DNA of 64,000 nucleotides from an uncultured virus (IMG/VR IMGVR_UViG_2630968567_000005) (Duplodnaviria > Heunggongvirae > Uroviricota > Caudoviricetes): the IMG/VR virus record IMGVR_UViG_2630968567_000005; one strand, 5' to 3'. The translations under genes were made by a program, and so were the position numbers. Positions 47,320-56,273 of the stretch are shown here, piece after piece. The notes beneath the pieces are model-generated. The model worked only from the letters and a program-made list of their open reading frames with translations. It searched no databases and was not told where the DNA came from. Position 1 is the stretch's first letter. Every line of letters begins with the position of its first letter.

Positions 47320-47389
47320 AACGTCCATTCCTCACTCATAACTGCCTAAGGTTCTTCCTGCAGACGGCTTCGAGTCAGAAGCGGACGTT
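47320..47389. repeat. Internal double-arm inverted repeat between cargo genes
   Basis: AACGTCCATTCCTCACTCATAACTGCC-N16-GACGGCTTCGAGTCAGAAGCGGACGTT. Confidence 0.6.
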
Positions 47390-47535
47390 ACACAAATCGC
47401 ACTCACCGTGGTCAGTTTTAGTTAATCACTACAATTCGCTGACATTTTAAACAAAGCGACGTTGCCCAGTAAAAGCTAGAGGTGTATGTTAACTAGGCTA
47501 TTCAACTAAACAGCATGGACCAATAAGGATATGAG

Positions 47536-48528
47536 ATGGCTGATAATTCAGAGTCTTTTGCAAGCGTCGATCAGATTACATCTCGCCCAAACTATTTAGC
47601 AAGATTAGAGATTACCGTAGATAGCTTTAGCTCGCTTATAGGTCGTTATCACCTCAGTGAAAGCGTTAAATGTCAAGTTAAAACTGAATACGGCATCTGT
47701 GGACAAAAGCATCAACGCGGATATGTTGGTGTTACAAAAGAAGGTAAGGAAGGTCTAATTGGAGGAATTTGTGGTGATAAATATTTTAAAGAACACACAC
47801 TATTTGTTCAGGAAAAAAATCGTATAGATGCTGAGATTGATAGAAGAGAAAATATTGAGAAATTGATTGTCTATAAAGAAAGTTTTCTTTCTTTATCCGG
47901 TGTTTATGGTGCGCTATCCCAAAATATTCAAACAATGAAAAAGAAAACCAACCACCTTTACAATGGTTTTCCAGACATTGTTTTGACATATTTATATCAA
48001 GCCCAAAAAACAAAAAATTGGGATTTGAATGTTGATGTCTTACGCCATACACGAGGTGAAAAAGGGATGACAAGCAACTGGTATATTGAAAAGCTTTGTA
48101 CATTCCCGCCTTTACCATCTGCACAAGAAATTCAAAGTTTGTTAGGTAGGGTAGAAAATCTAAAAACTATTTTTAGCGAAGCTTGTTCTTCCAATATAGA
48201 AGAGCTATCAACACCAAAGTTAAAAGGTTATGTAAGAAGTCTTTCTGATTTTTATGAGTTAGAAAATATTTATACAAAATTTGATAAAGATGTAGAAGAA
48301 TTTACTCAAGATCATACCTTGTACAATTTGTATTATGCTTGTGCTAACAATAAAGACAAATTAGCTACTATTAAAACAATTTTAACTGCCAACAACTCCA
48401 ATCTCTCAGAACAATTGGTAAAATATAAATGTGACGAAATTGAGAGAATAACTAAAGAAAAATTCGATAACTGTCAAGTTAGATATAATAAGACAGTGAT
48501 GAAATTTAAGAAAAACAGTATTGGTTAA
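47536..48528 (+). CDS. AT-rich hypothetical protein with an N-terminal Cys/His cluster and helical C-terminus
   Basis: 'C.......C...H..GY.......IG..C' motif; AAGGA RBS; followed by a terminator. Confidence 0.75.
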   Translation: MADNSESFASVDQITSRPNYLARLEITVDSFSSLIGRYHLSESVKCQVKTEYGICGQKHQRGYVGVTKEGKEGLIGGICGDKYFKEHTLFVQEKNRIDAEIDRRENIEKLIVYKESFLSLSGVYGALSQNIQTMKKKTNHLYNGFPDIVLTYLYQAQKTKNWDLNVDVLRHTRGEKGMTSNWYIEKLCTFPPLPSAQEIQSLLGRVENLKTIFSEACSSNIEELSTPKLKGYVRSLSDFYELENIYTKFDKDVEEFTQDHTLYNLYYACANNKDKLATIKTILTANNSNLSEQLVKYKCDEIERITKEKFDNCQVRYNKTVMKFKKNSIG

Positions 48529-48529
48529 G

Positions 48530-48552
48530 AAAAGCCCCGTTTAGGGCTTTTT
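48530..48552 (+). terminator. Rho-independent terminator
   Basis: AAAAGCCC-CGTTTA-GGGCTTTTT. Confidence 0.7.
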
Positions 48553-48583
48553 AGCTACCACCAACCAAAACTGGAATTGTAGG

Positions 48584-48620
48584 CACTCCCGTTTTTCGCT
48601 CTTAGCCGACTGTCAGATTT
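48584..48620 (+). repeat. Right cargo-boundary arm
   Basis: CACTCCCGTTTTTCGCTCTTAGCCGAC-TGTCAGATTT. Confidence 0.55.
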
Positions 48621-48645
48621 TATTGTGCCCAGTTACAGAACACAG

Positions 48646-49680
48646 TCAGCACTTCTTTGAAATGCGATCATATGGATTCAAACTCACCGCCGCTTCTAAA
48701 TGATCCGGTGCAAAGTGGCTGTAGCGCATGGTCATTTGGATAGTGGAGTGCCCGAGGATTTGTTGCAGTACTAATATGTTACCGCCGTTCATCATAAAAT
48801 GACTGGCGAAAGTATGGCGTAGAACGTGGGTTAACTGGCCGGTAGGTAATACCAGCTTGGCCCGGTCGATAGCTTGACCGAATGCGTCATAGGCATTGAC
48901 GAATAAGCGCCCTTTCATCTTTGGAATCAGTTTATGCAGTTCCGCAGAAATAGGGACTGTACGGTTCTTTTTACTCTTGGTGTTGATATAAGTAATTTTG
49001 TTTGGCATCACCTGAGCTTGTCTTAGTTGCTCCGCTTCACTCCAGCGCGCACCGGTGGCTAGACAGATACGAACAATGATACCGAGATCTTTATTGCTGG
49101 AGTTGTCACACTCATGCAGTAGACGCTTAATATCGTCCTCATAAAGAAAAGTTAATTCGTTTTCACTTTCACGAAATAACCTGACGCCATCCAGCGGATT
49201 TGCATGATTCCAATGCCCTAGCCTTTTCAACTCATTAAAGACAGCTCGCAGATAAGCATGTTCGCGGTTGACCGTTGCCTCTTTTGGCGGTTTAACGATT
49301 CCGTGTTTTGGCTTACGACTAAACTCACCGGCTAAACGCTGCTTGCGGTATTTGGCGAACACTTCCCGGTCAAAATCGGCAACAGCAGGATCGCCCAAGT
49401 TATCACACAGGATATTGAGTTTATCTAATCTTGCTTTGCCGTCACTCAAAGAGCGCCCGTGGAGTTCATACCACTGACCGACCAATGTTTTTAACCTCTG
49501 CGCGGCAGTCTCTGCCGGGGTGTAGTCAATATCCAGATCACCACGTTGCGCTAACTGCTCACGTTCAAAGCGCAACGCCTCGCCGCGAGTAACAAAGGTT
49601 TTCCTAACCCGCTTACTATCACGGCCATCTGAGTAAAAATCACAGACCCACTTCCCGTTGGGTAACTTCCGTACTGCCAT
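48646..49680 (-). CDS. int: 186/HP1-type tyrosine integrase
   Basis: 'TGARWSE', 'HVLRHTFASHFMMNGGNILVLQQILGH...TMRY'. Confidence 0.95.
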   Translation of the reverse strand: MAVRKLPNGKWVCDFYSDGRDSKRVRKTFVTRGEALRFEREQLAQRGDLDIDYTPAETAAQRLKTLVGQWYELHGRSLSDGKARLDKLNILCDNLGDPAVADFDREVFAKYRKQRLAGEFSRKPKHGIVKPPKEATVNREHAYLRAVFNELKRLGHWNHANPLDGVRLFRESENELTFLYEDDIKRLLHECDNSSNKDLGIIVRICLATGARWSEAEQLRQAQVMPNKITYINTKSKKNRTVPISAELHKLIPKMKGRLFVNAYDAFGQAIDRAKLVLPTGQLTHVLRHTFASHFMMNGGNILVLQQILGHSTIQMTMRYSHFAPDHLEAAVSLNPYDRISKKC

Positions 49681-49717
49681 AAATAAGTCCTCAAGAATAA
49701 TCCCTTGGGCCTATTTA

Positions 49718-49733
49718 CTGTATATAAAAACAG
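49718..49733. promoter_or_regulatory. LexA (SOS) box upstream of int
   Basis: CTGTATATAAAAACAG. Confidence 0.8.
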
Positions 49734-49777
49734 TAGTCAATGTTTGATATACAACCCGACAAACATCTGATTAAAAA

Positions 49778-49954
49778 CTAACGTGTACAGGTTTTCTTTG
49801 ATTTACTAATAGAGCCATCATTACAGACAAATTTCTCATTTTCACAATGGGATACCCCACCCTTTTTTCCGGAGCAGGGATAGTTTTTTGCCATAGTGAT
49901 CGTAGGTAAAGATAAAAGAAGAATACCAATTACTGCACTAGCTAATAATTTCAT
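49778..49954 (-). CDS. YdcA-like small secreted Cys-rich protein (58 aa, not in the ORF track)
   Basis: MKLLASAVIGILLLSLPTITMAKNYPCSGKKGGVSHCENEKFVCNDGSISKSKKTCTR. Confidence 0.8.
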   Translation of the reverse strand: MKLLASAVIGILLLSLPTITMAKNYPCSGKKGGVSHCENEKFVCNDGSISKSKKTCTR

Positions 49955-50001
49955 TAGATTATTATTCCATTAGTGCGCCGATTACTTTTTAGTACAGGCT
50001 A

Positions 50002-50571
50002 TTAATAGCCTGTAATTTCCCCAACAACTTTAGCCAAAATACTGACCTCACTAACCGGCCAATTTACATCATTGATACGCCATATATCACCCGGTAAACG
50101 GGTAAGCTCACTGATAGATACAACTCCCGCTTTTTCAATAAGCCACAGGCCATCAGTGATTTTCTTGAATTGATGTTCAACCAGAAATGAACTCTTGGCA
50201 TTAGGTGAAGAAATCAACTCAGGTTCATCTATCTGTACTGGAAGTAATTCAGGGTCAAGTAATACGGGGCTGGCATCGGTTAACAATCCATCAACCAACT
50301 TTCTATGCTGAATTAATTTAGCGTGTTCTTTTTCATTAGTAACTTTGTCGGCTTCCCACGGTTCACCCTCCCCAGTTGCTAACCATTGTAAAGATGCGCC
50401 CGTTTCAAGAGCGCACTGAACAATTTCTTTGCCGGGAAAATACCCACGTTTAATCCACGTGCTTACTGTTCCATGACCAACACCTATTTTTCCTACAAGC
50501 TCACGTTGCGTTGAAAAACCGTAGGCTTTCAATAACCTATCAACAACAGCTTGTCCGCCACTAAAAATCAT
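50002..50571 (-). CDS. cI: 186-type CI repressor
   Basis: 'RLLKAYGF..Q.EL...TVSTW..R.YFP...CALETGASLQWLATGEG'. Confidence 0.9.
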   Translation of the reverse strand: MIFSGGQAVVDRLLKAYGFSTQRELVGKIGVGHGTVSTWIKRGYFPGKEIVQCALETGASLQWLATGEGEPWEADKVTNEKEHAKLIQHRKLVDGLLTDASPVLLDPELLPVQIDEPELISSPNAKSSFLVEHQFKKITDGLWLIEKAGVVSISELTRLPGDIWRINDVNWPVSEVSILAKVVGEITGY

Positions 50572-50683
50572 TCAATATTCCCGCCGAAATAATATTGACT
50601 CGTACGCATTTGAGGATTAAATTCCTCATTATTGTACTCAGACACAAATTAACCCGCATTAACCACACATTACAGGATGCACC

Positions 50684-50881
50684 ATGATGCAAAACCTTGC
50701 AATCACAGTAACCTCGCCTTATTTATCCCTGCCCGAGTTCTCAAAATTGAGTGGAATCCCTTATGAAACCTGCCGTGGCATGGTGAAAGATGGTCGTCTA
50801 CCTATCCGCCAGAAAGTTCGCAAAATGGAAAAGGTTCTCGTAAATATGATCGCTCTCACTAAAGAAGCGGCAAACCAGTAA
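50684..50881 (+). CDS. Apl/Cox-like regulator and excisionase
   Basis: 'PYLSLPEFSKLSGIP...GRLPIR...VLVNMIAL'. Confidence 0.85.
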   Translation: MMQNLAITVTSPYLSLPEFSKLSGIPYETCRGMVKDGRLPIRQKVRKMEKVLVNMIALTKEAANQ

Positions 50882-50935
50882 TGTTCGACATTCAAATTTG
50901 CCAACTAATTGTCGGCATATGTGAGGAAGTAAGCC

Positions 50936-51445
50936 ATGTTTGATTTTTCAGTGTCCAAACATCCGCACTTTGACAACGCCTGCCGTCAGTTTGCTTTAAA
51001 GCACAATTTAGTCGAGTTGGCAGCAAACGCAGAGATCTCGGCGCAAGTGTTGCGTAACAAATTGAATCCTGACCAGCCACACCGCCTGACCGTTGACGAA
51101 CTACTGTGCATCACCGACCTGACCGAAGACCCGACGCTATTAGACGGCCTGCTGTCACAAATCAATTGCATGCCGTCAGTGCCAGTCAATGAAGCCTGCC
51201 CCGGTAATATTCCAACTTATGCGTTACATGCTACTGCCGCCGTAGGTTCTATTGCTGCCGCTGCGGTGCAAGGTAATCACAAAACAGCATTCAGCAAATC
51301 TGCACTGTTGGATAGCGTCAATACTGCGATTCGCCATCTGTCACTTATTGGCCTGACGGTGCAGGCGCGCATTCAATCAACCCCCGCGCTTGCTTCAACC
51401 GTTGATGTTATTAGCGGCTTGAGTGCTGTAGCTGGTTTGAGTTGA
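50936..51445 (+). CDS. cII: 186-type CII
   Basis: 'MFDFSVSKHPHFD.ACR.FA..HN', 'LRNKLNP.QPH.LT'. Confidence 0.9.
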   Translation: MFDFSVSKHPHFDNACRQFALKHNLVELAANAEISAQVLRNKLNPDQPHRLTVDELLCITDLTEDPTLLDGLLSQINCMPSVPVNEACPGNIPTYALHATAAVGSIAAAAVQGNHKTAFSKSALLDSVNTAIRHLSLIGLTVQARIQSTPALASTVDVISGLSAVAGLS

Positions 51446-51454
51446 GGTGTCTTT

Positions 51455-51640
51455 ATGATTATTTCTATTGCCCCATTGTTAAAACAGCAAAGCCCGGTAA
51501 ACCTGCGCCATTTCGGTAACGGTGTGCTGGAGTTGAAGAACGGCCAGCGCTGGAAGCCGGGAAGTAATCAAAAGGCGCTTTTACAAGAATTGTCCTCTGC
51601 AAAGAAGACGCCAATATTACGTCGTCTGTTCGGACGTTAA
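51455..51640 (+). CDS. Fil-like protein
   Basis: 'SIAPLLKQQSP...HFGNG.....GQRW.P'. Confidence 0.7.
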   Translation: MIISIAPLLKQQSPVNLRHFGNGVLELKNGQRWKPGSNQKALLQELSSAKKTPILRRLFGR

Positions 51641-51651
51641 TTGGGGGTTAT

Positions 51652-51963
51652 ATGCTGCAATTAACGGAAGCTGAAAAATTAAGAATGACGGGTATTGCTC
51701 GTATTGCTGAATTAAAAGAAACGCATTTCCGTAATAGAAAGAATGTTGCTCAGGAGGCTTTTGACAAATCACCGGCACATTTGCGTAAAACAATTTGTTT
51801 TCATGCAGGGTTAAAAAAACGCCATGTGAATATGCAGTTTTCAGAGTTAACTCCAGCAGAAAGAGAATCTGTTGTTGAAGCGTTAAATTACTTAATTGAG
51901 TTTACTCGTTCGCTGCCGTCGTTTGTCAGTAATGATGACTGCGCGCTGAATATTATTAATTAA
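51652..51963 (+). CDS. P2-like early hypothetical protein
   Basis: 'ICFHAGLKKRH...FSELT..ER'. Confidence 0.7.
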   Translation: MLQLTEAEKLRMTGIARIAELKETHFRNRKNVAQEAFDKSPAHLRKTICFHAGLKKRHVNMQFSELTPAERESVVEALNYLIEFTRSLPSFVSNDDCALNIIN

Positions 51964-52028
51964 TTATCATCGCAATATATGGCGTTCTACTCGCCGGGTT
52001 TCGTATTGCCTAAAAACAGGAGTTATCT

Positions 52029-52301
52029 ATGCAGAATACAGAACAGAATATATGGGTTTTCGTAGACCCCGCAAAGCCGGGTAGTGAGAGCACAATCACA
52101 ATGACGTCAGTTGAATCAATGGAGCTAATGCTCAATGAAGCGCGCATGGATGAAAGAAAGAATCAGGCCGCGCTAGTTTCATTTCGTCTAGATGAAATTG
52201 CTAATCAAATTCTAAACCGAGAGCTGAACGGCGTAGAAGCGGCGGAGCTGCTTAACCAAGTAGCAGAGGGAATACTCAACCAAGCGCAGGCGCAACACTG
52301 A
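52029..52301 (+). CDS. DUF2732-like protein
   Basis: 'LNEARMDERK..A...RL..IA...EAAELL'. Confidence 0.75.
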   Translation: MQNTEQNIWVFVDPAKPGSESTITMTSVESMELMLNEARMDERKNQAALVSFRLDEIANQILNRELNGVEAAELLNQVAEGILNQAQAQH

Positions 52302-52606
52302 TGACTGCCGAAATTATCATTGATGCTCGTTACGCAATTACTTTGCGTGAGCCAACCCGAACTCTAAATCGCATTCCAAACCTCGTTCTTCACGAGATTA
52401 AATTCACTAAAGAAAATGAAAGGGTGTTAGCCGTAATTGCTCATTATCCGACAAGGGTTAGTTTAGTAAGTGATCTAGTTCATCATCGTATTTATCGTTC
52501 AGGCATTAATTCTATTCCGGCACTGGTCGAGGAAACTAAACGCCTTGCTGAATTATGTGAGAAAGGATTTAAAGATTTTCACTCTCCTAACTTATTACCT
52601 AAATAA
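52301..52606 (+). CDS. Hypothetical early protein
   Basis: Translationally coupled 101-aa ORF. Confidence 0.6.
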   Translation: MTAEIIIDARYAITLREPTRTLNRIPNLVLHEIKFTKENERVLAVIAHYPTRVSLVSDLVHHRIYRSGINSIPALVEETKRLAELCEKGFKDFHSPNLLPK

Positions 52607-52616
52607 AGGATTTATT

Positions 52617-52880
52617 ATGCATATTAAAATCGGTGAAAAACACGTTGTTACTTCTGACAGTCTGCAATTTATTCTCAATGAAGTAAAAGTAAGCCAAAAA
52701 GGTAAAAGTGAGGGGCAGGAACGTTTAGAGCCAATTGCTTATTATCCAACTATTGCACAACTGGTTGAGGGATTAATAAAGCGCAATATAGGTGAAGCTC
52801 AGATTAATAGTTTTGCATCGCTTGGGAATGAAATTGGTCGCATAGGTAAACTGTGCCAAGAAGCCTTTTCAGCCAAATGA
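52617..52880 (+). CDS. DUF5405-like protein
   Basis: 'IKIGEK.VVTSD.LQFILNE.K...GK..GQE.L..IAYYP'. Confidence 0.7.
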   Translation: MHIKIGEKHVVTSDSLQFILNEVKVSQKGKSEGQERLEPIAYYPTIAQLVEGLIKRNIGEAQINSFASLGNEIGRIGKLCQEAFSAK

Positions 52881-55156
52881 CCGATTCAATCCGTGGCCGT
52901 ATTACCCCAACTCCGCCGTTGCCTTATCCGGGCAGCGGCGCTGCTGTTCCTGCCTATACCTACCCCGGCAGCAAACCACGCGAAACTTTGCCCGGTATTC
53001 AAAGACCGCTTACCCGTGAACAACTGATTCAGGGGCAAGCCGTTTTAGACAAAATCAATAACCTGCCTCACTTTCTGCGTAGCCAGTTTATTTCTCGCTA
53101 TCAATACCTGTTAGCCAATAAAGGGCTAAACGACGCTAACAAATGGCTGGTGTTTGTCTTTGACCAGCGTATCTGGCCGCGTATTCAGGTGGTCAATAGC
53201 AAAAATGTTATGCGCCTCAGTGCATCAATGAGTTTTTCCATTGATGCCCCAACCTATGCCAGCCTAGCGGGTATGCATGATAAAGAGCTGCGCCGCTTTG
53301 CCCGCAAAATCGGTGATGAGCTAATGGTGGCGTACAACCATCATTGTGATGAATGCATTAAGGCTAATCAGGGTGACAGGGCTGTTTTATTGCAGACCGA
53401 TATACAGGTTCGTATTTACGGCGATCTTGCCAGAATGGCGCGCGCTTTTAATATCACTCCGATGCACTGGCGCAAATATCTGAAAGGTCGTTTAGATATC
53501 ACCTCTGCTATCGCCAGCCTGTCACGTCTGGTTAATCCTGAATGGTGGGAGCGCAAACTCAAAGCACAGCGCACCCGCTGGCGGGAAGCGTTATTGATTG
53601 CTGTCGGTAATGTTAGCCGGGATATTTCAGCGTCTTCTTATGCCAGTAAGCAGGCTATCCGCGAAGTGTTCGCCCGTCGCCAGTCTAATTTGGAATATCT
53701 CAAAAGCTGCCAGTTAGAAAATATTGAAACCGGTGAGCGCATCGACCTGATTGATAAGGTGATGGCGAGTATTTCTAATCCAGAAATTCGCCGCATGGAG
53801 CTAATGAACACCATCGCTTTCACGGAAAAATATGCTGCCGGGCAAAAGCACGTCGGTATGTTCCTGACCATCACCACCCCGTCCAAATATCACCCGACTC
53901 GCGTTGTTGGGAAAGGCGACAACGAGAAAGTACAGCTTAATCATAAGTGGAATGATGAAGCCTATTCACCCAAAGACGGCCAGCGCTATCTCTGCAACAT
54001 TTGGAGCAAAATGCGCACCGCTTTTAAAGACAACGAATTAAGCGTCTACGGAATGCGCGTAGTTGAACCGCACCACGACGGTACACCGCACTGGCACATG
54101 ATGCTGTTTTGCCAACGCCGCCAGCGCCAGCAGGTAATCGATATCATGCGCCGCTATGCGTTGAAAGAAGATGGTGACGAGCGCGGAGCCGCTAAATATC
54201 GCTTTGAGTGCAAGCACATGAACAAAGGCGGGGCCGCTGGCTACATCGCTAAATACATTGCCAAGAATATCGACGGCTATGCGCTTGAGGGTGAACGTGA
54301 CCATGAAACCGGTGAGCTGCTGACTGACTCCGCTGCGGCGGTAACAGCGTGGGCGGCAACGTGGCGCATCCCTCAATTTCGCCCGATTGGTCTTCCTTCC
54401 ATGGGAGTCTATCGCGAGTGTCGCCGTATCCGCTCTATTAGTCTGGCCGAGACTTTCGACGAAACCGTGGAAGCTGTGCGCCATGCGGCTGATGAGGGTG
54501 ATTTTGCTGCCTACATCATGGCGCAAGGTGGCACCAATTGCGGCAATCAGACCGTCCGGTTAGCCAAGCGCGTCGCCGATGAACTCAACGCCTACGATGA
54601 AGAAGTACAGAAAGTCGTCGGTATCTACGCGCCGCATTTGGGCGCTGACCATATTCATGAAACCCGCACAACCCAATGGCGCATCGTTGCTGGTGCCGTT
54701 GACGTTGAGCTTTTGACTTTGAAAAGCGCCTCTGGCACGCCTCGGAGTCCTGTCAATAACTGTGGGTTAGGTGAAAACACCCAAGCGCCAAATGACCCCA
54801 ACGGGCAGGATAAAACGCCTGTGGCGGCGATGGAATACCCACCGGATACCGTTATTGACTGGTCGGACACTGCCGCCGTGAGGGCGATTGTGGCCCGCGT
54901 TAAAGAGAAACAGCCAACGATAAGCAAGATGCAACGCAGTTATGACCCCACCAAGGGCCGACTTATTGCGCCATCCGCCCGTTTAACCCGCGAAGAACGC
55001 CAGCGCATCCCCCAAATCCGCAACGATTTACTGTTGAAAGATATCAGCGCCCAACGTTGGGAGCTGGAATCGTTAGCCCGTGGGGCAAAAATGGCTGTTG
55101 GTGATGCAGTGATCCATTACCCGGCACTGTCCGACTGGCCGGAATTCGATGATTAA
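52877..55156 (+). CDS. Rolling-circle replication protein A
   Basis: 'TITTPSKYH', 'EPHHDGTPHWH' HUH motif, 'YIAKYIAKNIDG'. Confidence 0.95.
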   Translation: MTDSIRGRITPTPPLPYPGSGAAVPAYTYPGSKPRETLPGIQRPLTREQLIQGQAVLDKINNLPHFLRSQFISRYQYLLANKGLNDANKWLVFVFDQRIWPRIQVVNSKNVMRLSASMSFSIDAPTYASLAGMHDKELRRFARKIGDELMVAYNHHCDECIKANQGDRAVLLQTDIQVRIYGDLARMARAFNITPMHWRKYLKGRLDITSAIASLSRLVNPEWWERKLKAQRTRWREALLIAVGNVSRDISASSYASKQAIREVFARRQSNLEYLKSCQLENIETGERIDLIDKVMASISNPEIRRMELMNTIAFTEKYAAGQKHVGMFLTITTPSKYHPTRVVGKGDNEKVQLNHKWNDEAYSPKDGQRYLCNIWSKMRTAFKDNELSVYGMRVVEPHHDGTPHWHMMLFCQRRQRQQVIDIMRRYALKEDGDERGAAKYRFECKHMNKGGAAGYIAKYIAKNIDGYALEGERDHETGELLTDSAAAVTAWAATWRIPQFRPIGLPSMGVYRECRRIRSISLAETFDETVEAVRHAADEGDFAAYIMAQGGTNCGNQTVRLAKRVADELNAYDEEVQKVVGIYAPHLGADHIHETRTTQWRIVAGAVDVELLTLKSASGTPRSPVNNCGLGENTQAPNDPNGQDKTPVAAMEYPPDTVIDWSDTAAVRAIVARVKEKQPTISKMQRSYDPTKGRLIAPSARLTREERQRIPQIRNDLLLKDISAQRWELESLARGAKMAVGDAVIHYPALSDWPEFDD

Positions 55157-55175
55157 TCTACCTAAGAGGAAAACC

Positions 55176-55535
55176 ATGACTAAAACCGCCGCCACAACCC
55201 GCAAACAGGCACAGCGCCAGCGTGATAAATCTGCCGGTATCAATGAAATTCGCGCTCGGCTTGAACCAGAAGAATACGCCATGCTAATCGAGGGCATGAC
55301 CGCCCGGCGTCTGTTCCGGCCAGCTTACGATTTACCGGAATATATCGCGCTGCTGATTCGACAAGATAACCAGCGACTAAAAGAGCAACAAGCCGAGCTG
55401 GGTAAACAACGCTGTGGCAAATGTGGCGATACCTTGCCGGGCGATCCAAATGGGTGTTGTTTACGGGGTGAAGCGGCGTGTTGGCAAACCAAAGGTATCA
55501 ACAGCTTATTAATTAGTGCAGTTAAACCATTGTGA
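55176..55535 (+). CDS. Putative RHH-like DNA-binding protein with Cys cluster, homologous to 30707-31060
   Basis: 'RKQAQRQR', 'EYIALLIRQDN', 'CGKCGDTLPGD...CWQT'. Confidence 0.7.
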   Translation: MTKTAATTRKQAQRQRDKSAGINEIRARLEPEEYAMLIEGMTARRLFRPAYDLPEYIALLIRQDNQRLKEQQAELGKQRCGKCGDTLPGDPNGCCLRGEAACWQTKGINSLLISAVKPL

Positions 55536-55638
55536 CGCGTCACGGCGGATTACTTTTACAACATATAGCGCGTCACAAGCATCTGATTTAACTAAACAGC
55601 CATATACAGTATTGACCTGAATATTGTTTTACTCGATA

Positions 55639-55654
55639 CTGTATATAAATACAG
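55639..55654. promoter_or_regulatory. LexA (SOS) box upstream of the tum-like gene
   Basis: CTGTATATAAATACAG. Confidence 0.85.
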
Positions 55655-55672
55655 TATAATAAGGAGCCTGCA

Positions 55673-55867
55673 TTGAAACCCGTTGATAAAATAGAATTAA
55701 CACTATCAAGAATTCAGTTTATTGCTGAAGTTTCGCAAGTTGCACAGTGTAGTAATAGCGAGTTTCTTGTCGCCATGTCGTTGATATCAGACCTGACCAG
55801 CCAGATAGTCACGAGCCAAAATTATGATGAGATTTTCTATAACGCCGACGGTAAAAAATCGCACTGA
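55673..55867 (+). CDS. Tum-like SOS antirepressor
   Basis: LexA box, AAGGAG RBS, TTG start; 'RIQFIAEV...AMSLISDL' resembles the 186 Tum N-terminus. Confidence 0.6.
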   Translation: MKPVDKIELTLSRIQFIAEVSQVAQCSNSEFLVAMSLISDLTSQIVTSQNYDEIFYNADGKKSH

Positions 55868-56043
55868 TAAATCCCCCATAAAATAATGCATGTGTGGCCT
55901 CCCATCGTGATTTGGGTCATGCATGCATATAGTGCATGATTCCGCATGTTGATCCCCTCCCCTATTTCCCCTGTTAGCGCCAGTTCCGGCGCGGATCTCA
56001 ATGGATCATGCAAGTGCATGAAAAGCGACCTGCAAAGCGCGCA

Positions 56044-56062
56044 GGCGTGGCGGGGATAGCAT
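56044..56062 (+). other. P2/186-type cos (19-nt cohesive end)
   Basis: GGCGTGGCGGGGATAGCAT between the tum-like gene and the portal. Confidence 0.8.
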
Positions 56063-56273
56063 TGCGCGCAAAGGGTTTTGATACCCTTATTTATCGATCT
56101 TGGGCGGGCCGTGGTGCTGCGTTCGGTTGGGTTGGGAATCAATGCGTGTTCATGGGGTGCGAGGGCGTGGCGGGCGTCTGGTGGCGTATGGCGCGAGGTG
56201 TTGGAATCGCTACTTTTCGGGCATGAAAAAGCCGCCCGGTTCGGCGGCTATGATATTAAAAAATATCAATTAA

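Noticed and set aside
55583..55599. Second LexA box upstream of the tum-like gene
   Set aside because: CTG-N11-CAG spacing is non-canonical
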